DNA of 64,000 nt from the human T2T-CHM13v2.0 reference genome, Homo sapiens. The DNA lies in the NCBI RefSeq assembly GCF_009914755.1, contig NC_060947.1. One strand, given 5' to 3'. Positions 33,737 through 63,379 of the stretch are shown here, piece after piece. Numbering within the stretch: position 1 is the stretch's first letter; each line of letters begins with the position of its first letter. Both the position numbers and the translations under genes were made by a program. Below the pieces are notes generated by a model. It was not told the origin of the DNA, ran no database searches, and saw only the letters and a program-made list of their open reading frames with translations.

Positions 33737-34135
33737 GTTGTGGGCAGGGTTTCCCAGGAAACAGACTCTGAGACAGAGATTTGTGTGCAGGAAGTTTATC
33801 AGGGAATGCTTTCAGGATCAACATGTATGGGGGAAGGGAATGAGGTAGGATTAGACAGGAGGAGAAGTTAGACTGTGGTGCAGTATCAACAAGGGCTCCG
33901 GCTTTGTTGCTTAGAGGCCCTGCAATGCTGTCACAAATTGAAGAAAGAAGGCTGGGCCTTTATATACCCGTGTCGTTTGATGTGAGCTGCCCCTGGGAAG
34001 GGGTGGGGGTGACATTGAGCAAGGCAGCTGACTTCAACTGAATTCAATTCCCAGAGGCAGATGAAGCCTGTAGCACTCCCAGTAGCTGGGAGTCCTGAAG
34101 TGGGATCTGAGCCCTGCAGTACAGAATCCACCATA
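33737..34135 (-). mobile_element. ERVL LTR16-family solo LTR
   Basis: GGGTTTCCCAGGAAACAGACTCTGAGACAGAGATTTGTGTGCAGGAAGTTTAT...GAAGTGGGATCTGAG. Confidence 0.65.
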
Positions 34136-34781
34136 GTTAGGGACACTATTGACTTCAACCAACAGAAAACCCAACCACCCCTTGTTTCATAAATAGAAGT
34201 TAGTCTCAGTTAACAAGCCCTCAGTAGGTGATTGCTAGCATCAATGCTATCTATCCCTTTTATTAGGAAAACAAAAACTTTCTGAGAAATACTCGGTAGA
34301 TTTACCTTTACGTTTCATTGGCCATAACTAAAATGTCCATCCCTAGGTGCAAGGGAGGCTGCGAAAGTAGTATCAGAATTGTCAGGATTTTGTGCCTGGA
34401 GCAGTGAACATTGCTGCCCTGAACAGTGTCCAGATTGTTAGTATAGAAGAAGAGCATAAAGGGTATTAGACATGCAACTAACAAAATAGACTTGTACAAA
34501 ATTAGTTTGAATAGTTGCATATGGATTTAACTTACTAAAACAGTCTCCATATTGCTGGACACTCGGTAGTTTCCAACTTTTTGCTACTATCCACCGTACT
34601 GCAATAAACACCCTAGATATTTTTCTCTGCCCATTATTCGTTGGGGATGAAATTGTAAACATATAATTGATAACAACAAAAAAACCAGGGGAATGGATCT
34701 TTGAAATAATTTTGATGCAGATTACCAAGAAGTACCTTTGAAAGTCCCTACAAATTCATGTTTTCTCCTGCATTAAAAAAA

Positions 34782-36935
<2,154 letters not shown>

Positions 36936-37374
36936 TATAGCCAAGATAAAATTATAATGCTACAAATCCAACAAAATAACTTGAATATTTCACTCTCTCT
37001 AAATATATGAATATATTATACTAAAAATGTTTGGAATAATTTTTAGTGAATATTATATGGAATATAATAAAAATCATTGATGCACTTTATCATTTTTGTA
37101 CACATTATAGTCTTCATGGAAATGTAAGTACTAAATATTTACTAGCTCAGAAAAATTCTATAAGTCCACATGCAGTTCAGGTTAAATATATAGAAAAATT
37201 AAATAGTCAAAAATGGTATTTGAAATATATATAATACAGTTTTTAAAGTAACAAATTATCACTTGTTACTTTAAAGTAAACTAACTTAGTAGTAAGAATG
37301 ATGTGAAAATATATGGACACTACAGAAATCCACTTAGGTATATCTGTTAAAATAGTGAAGATTAAAAAGAATTA

Positions 37375-40146
<2,772 letters not shown>

Positions 40147-40255
40147 GGGCTGGGCACGGTGGCTCACTCCTGTAATCCCAGCACTTTGGGAGGCTGAGGT
40201 GGGCGGATCATGAGGTCAAGAGTTCGAGACCAGCCTCAAAAAAAAAAAAAAACCT

Positions 40256-44700
<4,445 letters not shown>

Positions 44701-46121
44701 GAGAAAAATGTATACCTGGAGAGCACTAATGCCCTTCTCTTACTACAGACTTCCAATAGCTGCCTTAGCCTATATTTCCATGTGGCACTGCCCTGTACTG
44801 ATTTAGCAGAAGATAACATGTGGGGAGAGCTGTTCATCCCAACCACCCACAGACCACCGCATATCTTCTGCAGACCCCTACAGTCCAGGGGGCCACCAGG
44901 GCAGAACTATTGCAATCCTGCAGGAAAAACCAACACCCTAACCAAGCCCTTAGAGTGGCAGCAGTGTCTGTGGTATCCAGCTGAGAGTAGAGTCTTACAG
45001 AGACTGTTGCAGTGGACTTGTTCCTAAGTATGTGTGACAACCCCCAGCAACTCCTGGAAATAATGAGGTGCTTTTTGTGGGGAGTTGAGGTTCTTGCATG
45101 AACAGGTGGCAGGGCAATTAGGTTACACCTAGATTTTGTTTTATGGCAACAGTGGACCTGGATGTCTGTGGGAGTGGCAGCTTGCAGGAAGAAAGGTAGA
45201 CTGTTTCACTTTCCCCTAAATAGGCCTGGGGCTGGGATCCACAGTGATCCACTGGGATCACAGTGTGGGACTGGGATCCACCGGGCCTGGGATCCACAGG
45301 AAAAACAGTTTTTTCCTGGCAGAGGAATCAGCAAAGGCAAAGGTGGTAGCATGTTTATTGTTAAAGGAATGGTAAGGAGGCTGGCTGGAACGGAGGGAGT
45401 GAGGGGGGGAAAGTAAGAAATGAAGTCAGAGAGATAATGATGGGGATTGGAGACCATGGCAGCCTTCTCTGATCATTTCCTGCCCAAGGGTTGTTTTACA
45501 CCTCGAAGCATTTGAGAGCAGGCTCTTGGTTTCCTTGGTAATTTAATTCCTTCAAAACCATAGAAGGCTTCAGATCTCTTTGCTTCCAGACAGTTCCATG
45601 TGCTGTAATGTAACTATGCCCAATGTTCTTTCCTAGACATAGTGGTAAAGTCTCCTTTTTGCAGTGTTTGTTTCTTGGTCCTGTGCTTCTTTCTCTTTCA
45701 AATTAATGTTGGCTACCTCGATGTCATCTCAAGCAACAGGCTTAGGTGAGGGCACCACCACCCTTAATCTAATTTTTGCTTTAGGGCAGGGTCCCTCTAA
45801 GTGAGGGGTCTTTATGGACTATTGTGTCAAGGGGTCAAAAGCTCACAAGATAGGGACATGAAACTGCCTTGCAGCAGTTCCTTGCCCTTATCTCCCCTTG
45901 TTCCAGGAAGAATCGGGGGGCATTCTGCCAACACTCAGGTCAGACTGCAGCCAAGCCTCGCTTGTGTGGCCTACATGAAGATGTGCAGCGTCACCAGCAT
46001 ATCATGACAAAGTCTTCCCGTACACTTTGTGACACAAAGTCTTTTTCGGTCTCCTCTCTTCTTATTTGGGATATAGAAGTTGTGAGCTTTTCTAACCCTG
46101 TATCCCCAAATTTCCCAACTC

Positions 46122-48447
<2,326 letters not shown>

Positions 48448-48789
48448 ATTTTAACTCTTTATTTTCTTTCATTTCTGCTATTGAACCAGCCGGTTCTTGA
48501 GTCAGCTTTTCTCTTCATGTAATACCTTGCTAAATACAGCAAGTAACCATCAATACATACCTAAAATTGCTTTCTATCTTTTTTTCCCTAGAGTTATAGG
48601 CCCAGGAGACATTTGATCTGACTTCTAATTTATTACAGGCGACTTTTTAATCAAGAATTTTGCTGCTTTTTAACATGGCTCTCCATGTTGTATCCTCCAA
48701 TATCAGTTTTGTCACTGCTCACTGGCTCAAATACAACACGTTTTGTTATTGCTCATCTTAAAGTATTATGTGGGTGAACAGGTCAATGG

Positions 48790-50025
48790 GGCAGCCTTCC
48801 TCCATGCAGTCATTCAGAAACCCAGGGTGACAAGAGCTTTGCTACCTTCAGCACATGGCCACCAAGGTCATCCTTGGGGGTCGCATGCAGTCATCCCTAC
48901 TGCAGCAACCTGTCAGAGGAGAAAAACATATAGGAATATGTTTGTGAGTTTTATAGGAGCAGACTAAAAGTGGCACGAGAAATTTGCTCTCATATTTCAT
49001 TGCTTATAAAGCAATTTCATCATATGACTATATCTAACTGCAAGGGGAGGCTGGGAAATGTGTGCCCAGGAAGAAGAGGAAAGCATGGATCAGGTGAGGA
49101 GCTAGCCATCTCTGCCACGGGTGCTTTGGAATAGTGTATTGGCAATGAGAGTAGTGAGAAGTTGTAGAATTTTAGGTTTATATTGAAGGTAGAGACATCA
49201 GAATTTGCTGACTCCAAAGCTTTTGGACTAAATAATCGGAAGAATAAAAATGCCATATACTGATATGGTAAAGACTATTGAGAACTCAGTTTTAGGCATT
49301 TAATTTTTGAGATGTCTATTAGCATCCATGTGGAGATGTCAACTAAGCACTTGGATATGCAGGTCTACAATTTAAAGAAATGGTCAGTATTGAAAATGTA
49401 AATTTGGGGATCCTTAGTATATGGATGGTATTCAAAGCAGCTGTATACTAAATGCGAAACTATATATAACAATACTGAATTTCATTCACTCTACAAAGTG
49501 CAATTTCCTCACATCTTTGAAATTGGAATGCACTTTAGAACACTCAGCCTTCAGTTATGATTGGCAGTGTTTTCTTTCTTTGTTAATGGCACATAAAATA
49601 ATGATGTATCTACAATTGATGGCACCTCAGATTCAATGAAGCATAGTAATAATGATAAAAATGATAATGATAATATTGAGCACTTAATATTGTGGATGAG
49701 ACACTGTGCTAAGCCGCTTCTACGATTATCTTTATATGCAGTTGTAATATAGAAAGGCTAAGAACACAGACACTGGGGCCTGACTGGGTGGGGTCTGTCT
49801 GAATTTTAGCTCTGTGCTTACTAATCACATGACTCCAGCCAGATGCTTTATCTATGCCATAGTTTTCCTATCTAAAATAAGATGATAATACCACCTAACT
49901 TACAGGTTTATTATAAGGATTAAAGGAATTAATACACATATAGTGCCTAGAACGAGGAATTAATACACATATAGTGCCTAGAACAGTGCTTAGCACATAA
50001 GTACTGAAATGATTTAATATTATTG
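48790..50025. mobile_element. Ancient repeat patch: MLT1-like (~48790-49120), L2-like (~49120-49440), MIR-like (~49740-50025)
   Basis: CTAACTGCAAGGGGAGGCTGGGAAATGTG; TTTGAGATGTCTATTAG.CATCCA.GTGGAGATGTC; AGAACAGTGCTTAGCACATAAG. Confidence 0.65.
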
Positions 50026-50050
50026 TTAAAATATGTGAAAAGCATATGTA

Positions 50051-54814
<4,764 letters not shown>

Positions 54815-55949
54815 AATATCAAGTACGTTTTTAAGATGATCAACTTTGGTCGTGCGCAGGGCGTGGGGAGGTGCTGAGGGGCCGAGGCCGCGGCCAGTTA
54901 GACGCCGTACTGTCCAGAGAGCACTGCGGCGGGAGCCGGCAGTCGGAGCAGCCTTGGAGCAGGAGGAGCAGCAGCAGCAGCAGCCGTCGCCGTTTGCGGA
55001 GCGCAGCCGAGCCGGCCATGGCGTTGTCGATGCCGTTGAACGGGCTGAAGGAGGAGGACAAAGAGCCCCTCATTGAGCTCCTCGTCAAAGCTGGCAGTGA
55101 TGGTGAAAGCATAGGAAACTGCCCCTTTTCCCAGAGGTTCTTCATGATTCGTTGACTCAAAGGAGTTGTATTTAGTGTCACAACTGTTGACCTGAAATGG
55201 AAGCCTGCAGACCTACAGAACTTAGCTCCCAGGACCCACCCACCGTTTGTAAGTTTCAACAGTGAAGTCAAAACGGATGTAAGTAAGATTGAGGAATTTC
55301 TTGAAGAAGTCTTATGCCCTCCCAAGTACTTAAAGCTTTCACCAAAACACCCAGAATCAAATACTGCTGGAATGGACATCTTTGCCAAATTCTCTGCATT
55401 TATCAAGAATTGAAGGCGAGAGGCTAATGAAGCACTGGAGAAGGATCTCCTGAAAACCCTGCAGAAACTGGATAAATATCTGAATTCTCCTCTCCCTGAT
55501 GAAATTGATGAAAATAGTATAGAGGACATTAAGTTTTCTACACATAAATTTCTGGATGGCAATGAAATGACATTAGCTGATTGCAGCCTGCTCCCCAAAC
55601 TGCATATTGTCAAGGTGGTGGCCAAAAAATATCACAACTTTGATATTCCAAAAGAGATGACTGGCATCTGGAGATACCTAACTAATGCATATAGTAGGGA
55701 CGAGTTCATCAATACCTGTCCCAGTGATAAGGAGGTTGAAATAGCATATAGTGATGCCAAAAGACCCACCAAGTAAAATTGCATTTATGAAAGAGATGTC
55801 TTCATGTCTTCCCCTAAGAATATGCTTTTCCTAACAGGCTACTCTTCTTCTTATAGAGTAGAAATTGTATTTTGCACGAACATGCAGTTATTGAGGATTA
55901 GGATCAAGGGTAGACAAGGTATAGTAGTTATCTTAAAATATACACTCCT

Positions 55950-56335
<386 letters not shown>

Positions 56336-56651
56336 TTACCCTGCCTACCTCTGTACCCGTGTTCCCCTCTTTTTAATTTGGAGACACTCCACCACAAACT
56401 TTTCACTTTAGAGGTAGCTTGCCATCTTTCAGGAGCCCTCACCATTGTGTCTATTCACTGTGCATAGATGACAGAATTTTGAGGTGCAATGTCTGTTTAA
56501 ATAGTAGCTACGACTTTATCAGGCAACCCCAAACTGGTGCATAATGCATGGTATAAGGAATATTTATGTATTTTTTGGATTTTTGTAATATTTAGTGCAG
56601 GGTGGAGGGCTAACAGAGGAAAGAGCTCCATTCTTCAAACTAGAGTGATGA

Positions 56652-56985
<334 letters not shown>

Positions 56986-59544
56986 CAACTCAGAGTATTT
57001 TCATTTTGGATATTTATTCTCTTGTTTTTTATTAACCCAGTGATTACACTTGGCCACGTTCGAGGAAGGTATGTCCATTGTAATTTTGATGATCAGAATT
57101 GTTTTTTTTGTTGTTGAAAGACAGATACTACTTTATCAGGGACGTTAGTCAAATCAAATGGAAATTGGTAAATGGACAAAAGCTACCTAGTTAAAAGGAT
57201 GATCTGACAACATGCTTTAATCCCACTGTATGTGGAAAGAGCATAGCTTAAAATCTTGAGAAATTTGGACCATAAAATTTTCATGGTAGACAGTTCGTGC
57301 AGTATATAAATTGGCATAATGGAAATAATCTGATTTTATTTTTACAACTAACAAATCATTCCTCTTCATTTAAACACCTTTTGTATTTACTTCAGTGAGG
57401 AGATTGGAGTCTGAATGGAAAGTCTTACTGTTTTCCAAGGGATTCTGAGAAAGTTTTGTATTCAACAGTTGGAAAGTTCTCTACTATTCTAGTTGATAAA
57501 ACTTCCCTTTTTTGATGTAGATGCATATTTTCTATACAGTTCTGTTGTCTTCTTTTACTACGACTGTTAACTTTTGTCATAAAATTCAAATAAGATTTTA
57601 TTTCTTGGTAATTTTGACTTTCACAATTTATCTTTAAATCCTTGAGCAATCTGTTTACAATTAAGAGATTTCTGACATTTATTCTTACACTAAGTGGATA
57701 CACTCTAGGATTTAGGCATGTTAACTTTATTTCTGTTGTGTTTTGAATCGCTCCAGAGTTGCATGTAGATAGCATTTATTTCTGTGCACTTAAACCTATT
57801 TAGAAAATATCTATGAAGTAAAAATGGAGAGGAAATAGAAATGTATTTTTTCATGAAAATTTTGATGGAAATTTCATCAAGTTTAATGATTCACCAATTT
57901 CTTACATTAATTTGAATTAAGCATTTAATTCAAAGAGAGGGGAGCATTCATTATTGATATATTTGGGCTTTTAAAAACTCCATCCTTTATAAATAGTCAA
58001 AGTTTGGGCCACACAAATTATATTTTCATCATGGAAAAATTTCAACTTCTCAAGCCATAATGTTGAACAGAATTGGAGTATTTTCTTTAGAATTTCTTGA
58101 ACAGGCAAATGAAAGCTTATTATAGCATGCATGTATTTTCTTTTCTTTTTGGAACATCAACACCAGTATATTGTTGGCAGCTATTGTATCAAAAAAATAA
58201 AGTATACTTTCACTATCATAAAGGATTCTTTCCCCCCCTCATGAAAATAAACAACAACTTGGGGTAAAAAAAAAAAAGATGATCAATGTTGAGACAACTG
58301 TCAAGTTTCTTTCATACATGGGCTGCAAGTTTTCAAGACTTTGGTGCAGTTACTAATATGAAATAGTCTTTGAGTTGATAACACTTCTAACTAGCTTATC
58401 CTCGATGTTCTCCTTCTAATGTCAGTGGTATTGATTGGTGACTAAGCCCCATGTACCATGACTAAGACCAGGTAGCTGGTCCCCTTTGAGTGGGCAGATA
58501 CATGGTAGTTTTGCTTTAGATTCCTTTATGTCCCCAGAACTCAGGGATGATCCAAGGCTGGGGCTACTCTTGCTGTCCTTACATCCAAGTCTTTGGCTGG
58601 GAATAGGTCAGTTTCAGAGACATTCCCACAGAGCAGGAGGGACAGACTACTTCTAAGCAGGTTGTTAGGCACTGGTGTCTAAAATTTGGTCAAATTTTAG
58701 ACACCATGAGCAATAGCACATTATCAACTGTGATCATTTAATTATCTCTTGTTCTCCCTAGCTACATTTTCTGCCTGTTGTCATAAAGATTAAGTGGGAC
58801 CACCTACTTAGATTTTTAGTTATCGTATTTTTATATTAAAAATAGTAACTCATTGTGGACTTTGCTCATTCCATTCAATCACAAAGCCTTCTCTAGGGAA
58901 CATATTATCAAAGGTCCCTCCTCTTCTATTTTAGTTTGGCCATTAGCCCAGAAAGTATTTCCACAGAACTTTAAAATTTGTACCCCTGAAAATATTAAAT
59001 AACATCAATTTATCCAGGAAAATTTGTCTATGGTTTAAGATAAGTGTCCTAGTAAACAATGAGTATACTTATCAGATATTTCTGGGGCAGGGGGAGTGGG
59101 GAGAGAGAGCAATGAGAAATTTCATGAGGAAATGTAATATAATAAGGTTTTGCCCTAATAAAGCAGAACCAGGAAGTTAAAAAAAATTACAGTTTGAAAA
59201 CTAAAGGACAGGTGTTAGAAAAGAGAAACCCAAACAAAGGAAGAAGAAAGACCTGGACTATATGGATTTTAATTTAAGGAGTTGCACTGTGATAATAAAC
59301 CTATTCTTTTAACTCAAAACTGTTTATTTCCTATCCCATTAACTAAGTGGAAGATCTCAAAAGGGGACAGTCCTGTAGGCCAAATCTACCCTGGGAGCCA
59401 AGGTGCACCCTCTGGGTAGCTCGAGAGAGCACAAGGCATCAGTTGGTGGTGAGCTTGACTTGAGAGTTGAGACTAAAACAGCTGGTGGGAGAGTAATGTA
59501 TAGCCTAAACCATATGAAATTGTATGTGGCTGGATTTTCTTTTC

Positions 59545-61562
59545 TTCATTTTTTTTATTGTAAAATACAGATAACTTAGAATTTACCATTTTAAGAGTAC
59601 TATTCAGTGGTATTAAGTACATTTGCAATGTTGTGCAACCATCACCACTTTGCATTTCCAGAACGTTTTTCATCATCTCAAACAGAAATTCTGAACCCAT
59701 AAAACAACTCCCTATTATCCTCCCCCTAGCCCCTGGTAGCCTCTATTCTACTTTCTGTCTCTATGAGTTTGACTACTTTAGGTACCTCATATAAGTGGAA
59801 CCATACCATATGTGGCCTTTGTGTCTGGCTTCTTTCACTTAGCATAATGTTTTCAAGGTTCATCCATGTTGTAGCATGTATCAGAGTTTCATTCCTTTCT
59901 AAGGCTGAATAATATTTCATTGTGTGTATACACCAAATTTTGTTTATCCATTCATTTGTTGATGGACATTTGGGTTGTTTCCACATTTTGGCTATTGTGA
60001 ATAATGCTGCTATGAACGGTGGTGTTCAAGTGTCTGTTACAGTCCCTGTTTTCCCTTCTTTGGGGTATATACCTAGGAGTGGAATTGCTGGGTCATATGG
60101 TAATTTTATGCTTTTTGAGAAACTGCCATGTTGTTTTCCACAGCAGCTGCACCATTTTACATTCATGCCAGCAATGTAGGAGGGTTCCAATTTCTCCACA
60201 TCCTGGCCGGACACTGTATTATTATTATTTTTTTGGTTAATAGCCTTTCTAATGGGTGTGAAGTGGTATCTCATTGTGGTTTTGATTTGCATTTCTCTAA
60301 TGACTATGATGTTAAGTGTCTTTTCATGTGCTTATTGGATATTTACATATATTCTTTGAAGAAATGGCTCTGCAAGTCCTTTGCCCATTTTTGACTTGGG
60401 TTTTTTGTTTTGCTGAGTTGAGTTGTAGGAGTTTTTTATATGTTCTGGATATTAATGCCATATCAAATATATTATTTGCAAATATTTTCTCCCATTCTGT
60501 AGGTTGCCTTTTCACTCTGTTGATAGTGTCTTTTGATGCACAAAAGTTTTTAATTTTGTTGAACTCCAATTTGTCTATTTTTTCCACCTGTGCTATTGTC
60601 ATATCCAAGAAATTATTGCCAAATCCAATGTTGTGAAACTTCCCTGTCACGTTTTCTTCTAAGAGTTTTATAGTTTTACCTCTTATGGTTAGGTTTTTGA
60701 TTCATTTTCAGTTAATTTTTGTATGTTATGTGAGGAAAAGATCCAACTCCATTTTTTTGCATATATATATATATATATATATATCCAGTTTTCCCAGCAC
60801 CATTTATTGCAAAGACTATCCTTTCCCTCATTGAATGGTCATGGCACCCTCGTGGAAAATCAGTTGATCATATATGTTAAGGGTTATTTATGAGCTCCTT
60901 ATTCTATCCCATTGGCATATATACCTGTCCTTACGCAGTACAGTTTCATAGTGAGTTTTGAAATCAGGAAGTAGGAGCCCTCCCAACATTGTTCTCCTTT
61001 TTCAAGATTGTTTTGGCTAGTGGCGAGGTGGGGGGGAAACTCCTTATCTGTATGAATTTTAGCATCATCTTGTCCATTTCTGCAAAAAAAAAAAAAGCCT
61101 GCTGGGATTTTGATAGGGATTGCATTGACTCTGTAGATCAATTTGAGGAGTATTGCTATCTTAATACTTTTATTTCAGTCTTGAATGTTTTTCAATGATG
61201 TTCTGTAGTTTTCAATGTACAAATCTTGCATTTCTTTTGTTAAATCGATTTTTAACTTTATTGATTTTGATGCTATTGTAAATGGAATTTTAACTTAATT
61301 TTCAGATTGTTTATTGCTAGTGTGTAAAACTATAACTGATGTTTAAATATTGATCTTATATCCTGCAGTTTTGCTGAACTTGCTTATTGGCTTTATTTTT
61401 TTTATAATGGATTTCCCAAGATTTTCTATATATAAAATCATGTCATGTGAAAGTAGCGATAGTTTAATTGTTCCTTTCTTATCTGGATGCCTTTCATTTC
61501 TTTTTCAGGCTAGAACTGCAAGTACAATATTGAACAGAATTGGTGAGAGGGGACATCCTTGT
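59545..61562 (-). mobile_element. L1MB-type 3' end and ORF2 remnant
   Basis: minus-strand translations [64 protein letters not shown] and IYRVNAIPIKIP. Confidence 0.9.
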
Positions 61563-62438
61563 TAAAGGTGCACTTTTGATAGGGTTAAAAGACCAGTGTT
61601 CAACACTTTCCAATCCTGACTTTGGGCAAATCATTTACCCTTTCTGTTTCCTTATCTAAAATAGAAAATAACAGCCTATAGTGTACGCGGGTGGTCGTGT
61701 CTGCTTTTTAGAAGCCCATGAGCTAGTGGGGAAGCAAATGATTCATGGAAATAATTATAAAAACAAGGTAACATATGCTAAGAGTTATTAGGGCTATGAA
61801 TGATACATCTTGGATACCCTATTAGATAATTTGTGGTGAAAAATTTGTAAACAATCTTGTGCTAAATAGAGAAATGGTTTAAAAATTTAAGATACCAATA
61901 ACTTGCTTTCACTGTCACCTACATTAGTTTGGTTCCATTTTTAACAGTCTTTTATTACAAACTGATATAATCATAGCATAACTAAATTCAACCCTCTTCT
62001 CTATAAAATAGATCTCGGTTTGTAGGGTTTTACTATGATTTTGCATGCCATTTGATGTCCACAGGTATTTTTTAAGTCAAAAGGAAATCTGTAAATTAGG
62101 AACTGTTAATTTCCTCTTCATTTGGGCATCCTAGGTAGACTGTACAGATTTGTTCCAAGCACCCCATTAATTTGAGATTAGCCTAAGTTTTTCCTATGCC
62201 CGCACTTTGGAATATAAACATGTAGAAAATAGTCCATGACACAGCGGATGGGTTCATAAGTTTCTTCCGGGTCCTAACACCGAATTGTGCTGATGATCTG
62301 GCAATGGAGGCTAATCTTGCCACATCAAGTACGGCCTATTCGCTAAGCCGTCTGGGGCACTTTATAATTTTTTTCTTTGCTGGTCTGTTTGAAGGGCTCC
62401 TATGGCCAAAAAGGTGGTCAGTCCCGTCAGCTAGGCTG

Positions 62439-62481
62439 TGAGGACGCCTAAACGCTTTGAGGACGCCTAAACGCTTTGAGG
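62439..62481 (+). repeat. Perfect 19-bp tandem duplication
   Basis: TGAGGACGCCTAAACGCTT x2 followed by TGAGG. Confidence 0.95.
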
Positions 62482-63379
62482 TAGTGATGATGCATGATCG
62501 TGTGAAAGAGTTTCTCAGAGCACCTCCCTCGCGGGGTGGGGAAAAGGACCTCACTCCCCACGCCCCCTCCTTCCGCTGCGGGAGATAGCCACACCTTCCC
62601 CCTATCGGCGCCAAGCAGGTGGCCAGGCCCTCGGGACCTCGCGCCCCCGCAGCCAGTGGCCCGGCCAGCTCGTGCGTCACGTGACGCGGGTCAGCTGCAC
62701 CGCCGGGACCTCCAGGCACCGCGGCGGCGACCGCCCAGCGCGTGGTCTCGAGATCTCATCTTTCCGCGCCCCTCCCCCCACGGTCCCGGAAAAGGGGGAG
62801 GCCGGTGACGTCATCATCCGGGTTCTTGTCGGCGGGGCTACGGTTCACAATGGAACAAAAACAAGCGGCCCGAGTCAAACTATGAGCGACGCGGCTGCGG
62901 CTCACGCGATTAACCCTGTCGTGGCCACACACCCCGCCAGTCCCTGCCGCCCAGCCCCTCCCGAGTGGTGTGCCAGATCTTTTCGGGCCTCCCTTCCCCA
63001 ACTTCGGTCCTAGAGCCACCTCTGCCCTCGTCCCGCTCCTGAGCCGAGGGGCATGGAACAGGATTTCTGGCGGTAGCACGACCCTGAAGGGGCCAGCCGG
63101 AAGAAACAGTACTGCGCGAACAATCTTTACCGCATTGTCTTCCCCTCCCCCACCCTAGCTCTCCGGGTTCCCGGCGGCTCGCGCCCAAGCCCGGCCCCCT
63201 CAGCGGCTCGCGCTGCTCTCCCAGCCTTGACGGCCCGGGGTGGAGGGAGAGAAGAGGGGGCAGCTGAGCGGGAGGGGGCTGGGCAGGAGCAGGGGGAGGG
63301 CCGAAAGGAGGGGCCTGAAAGGGGCGGGCCCTGACGGGGGCGGAGAACTTCGGGTCTTGGGCGGCTCTGGGGCTAGTGG

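Noticed and set aside
45230-45300. Repeated GGATCCAC-like words
   Set aside because: Short degenerate low-complexity repeat with no supportable function.
55018-55776. Functional CLIC4 paralogue
   Set aside because: Two in-frame TGA stops, no introns, poly(A) and TSD mark it as a processed pseudogene.
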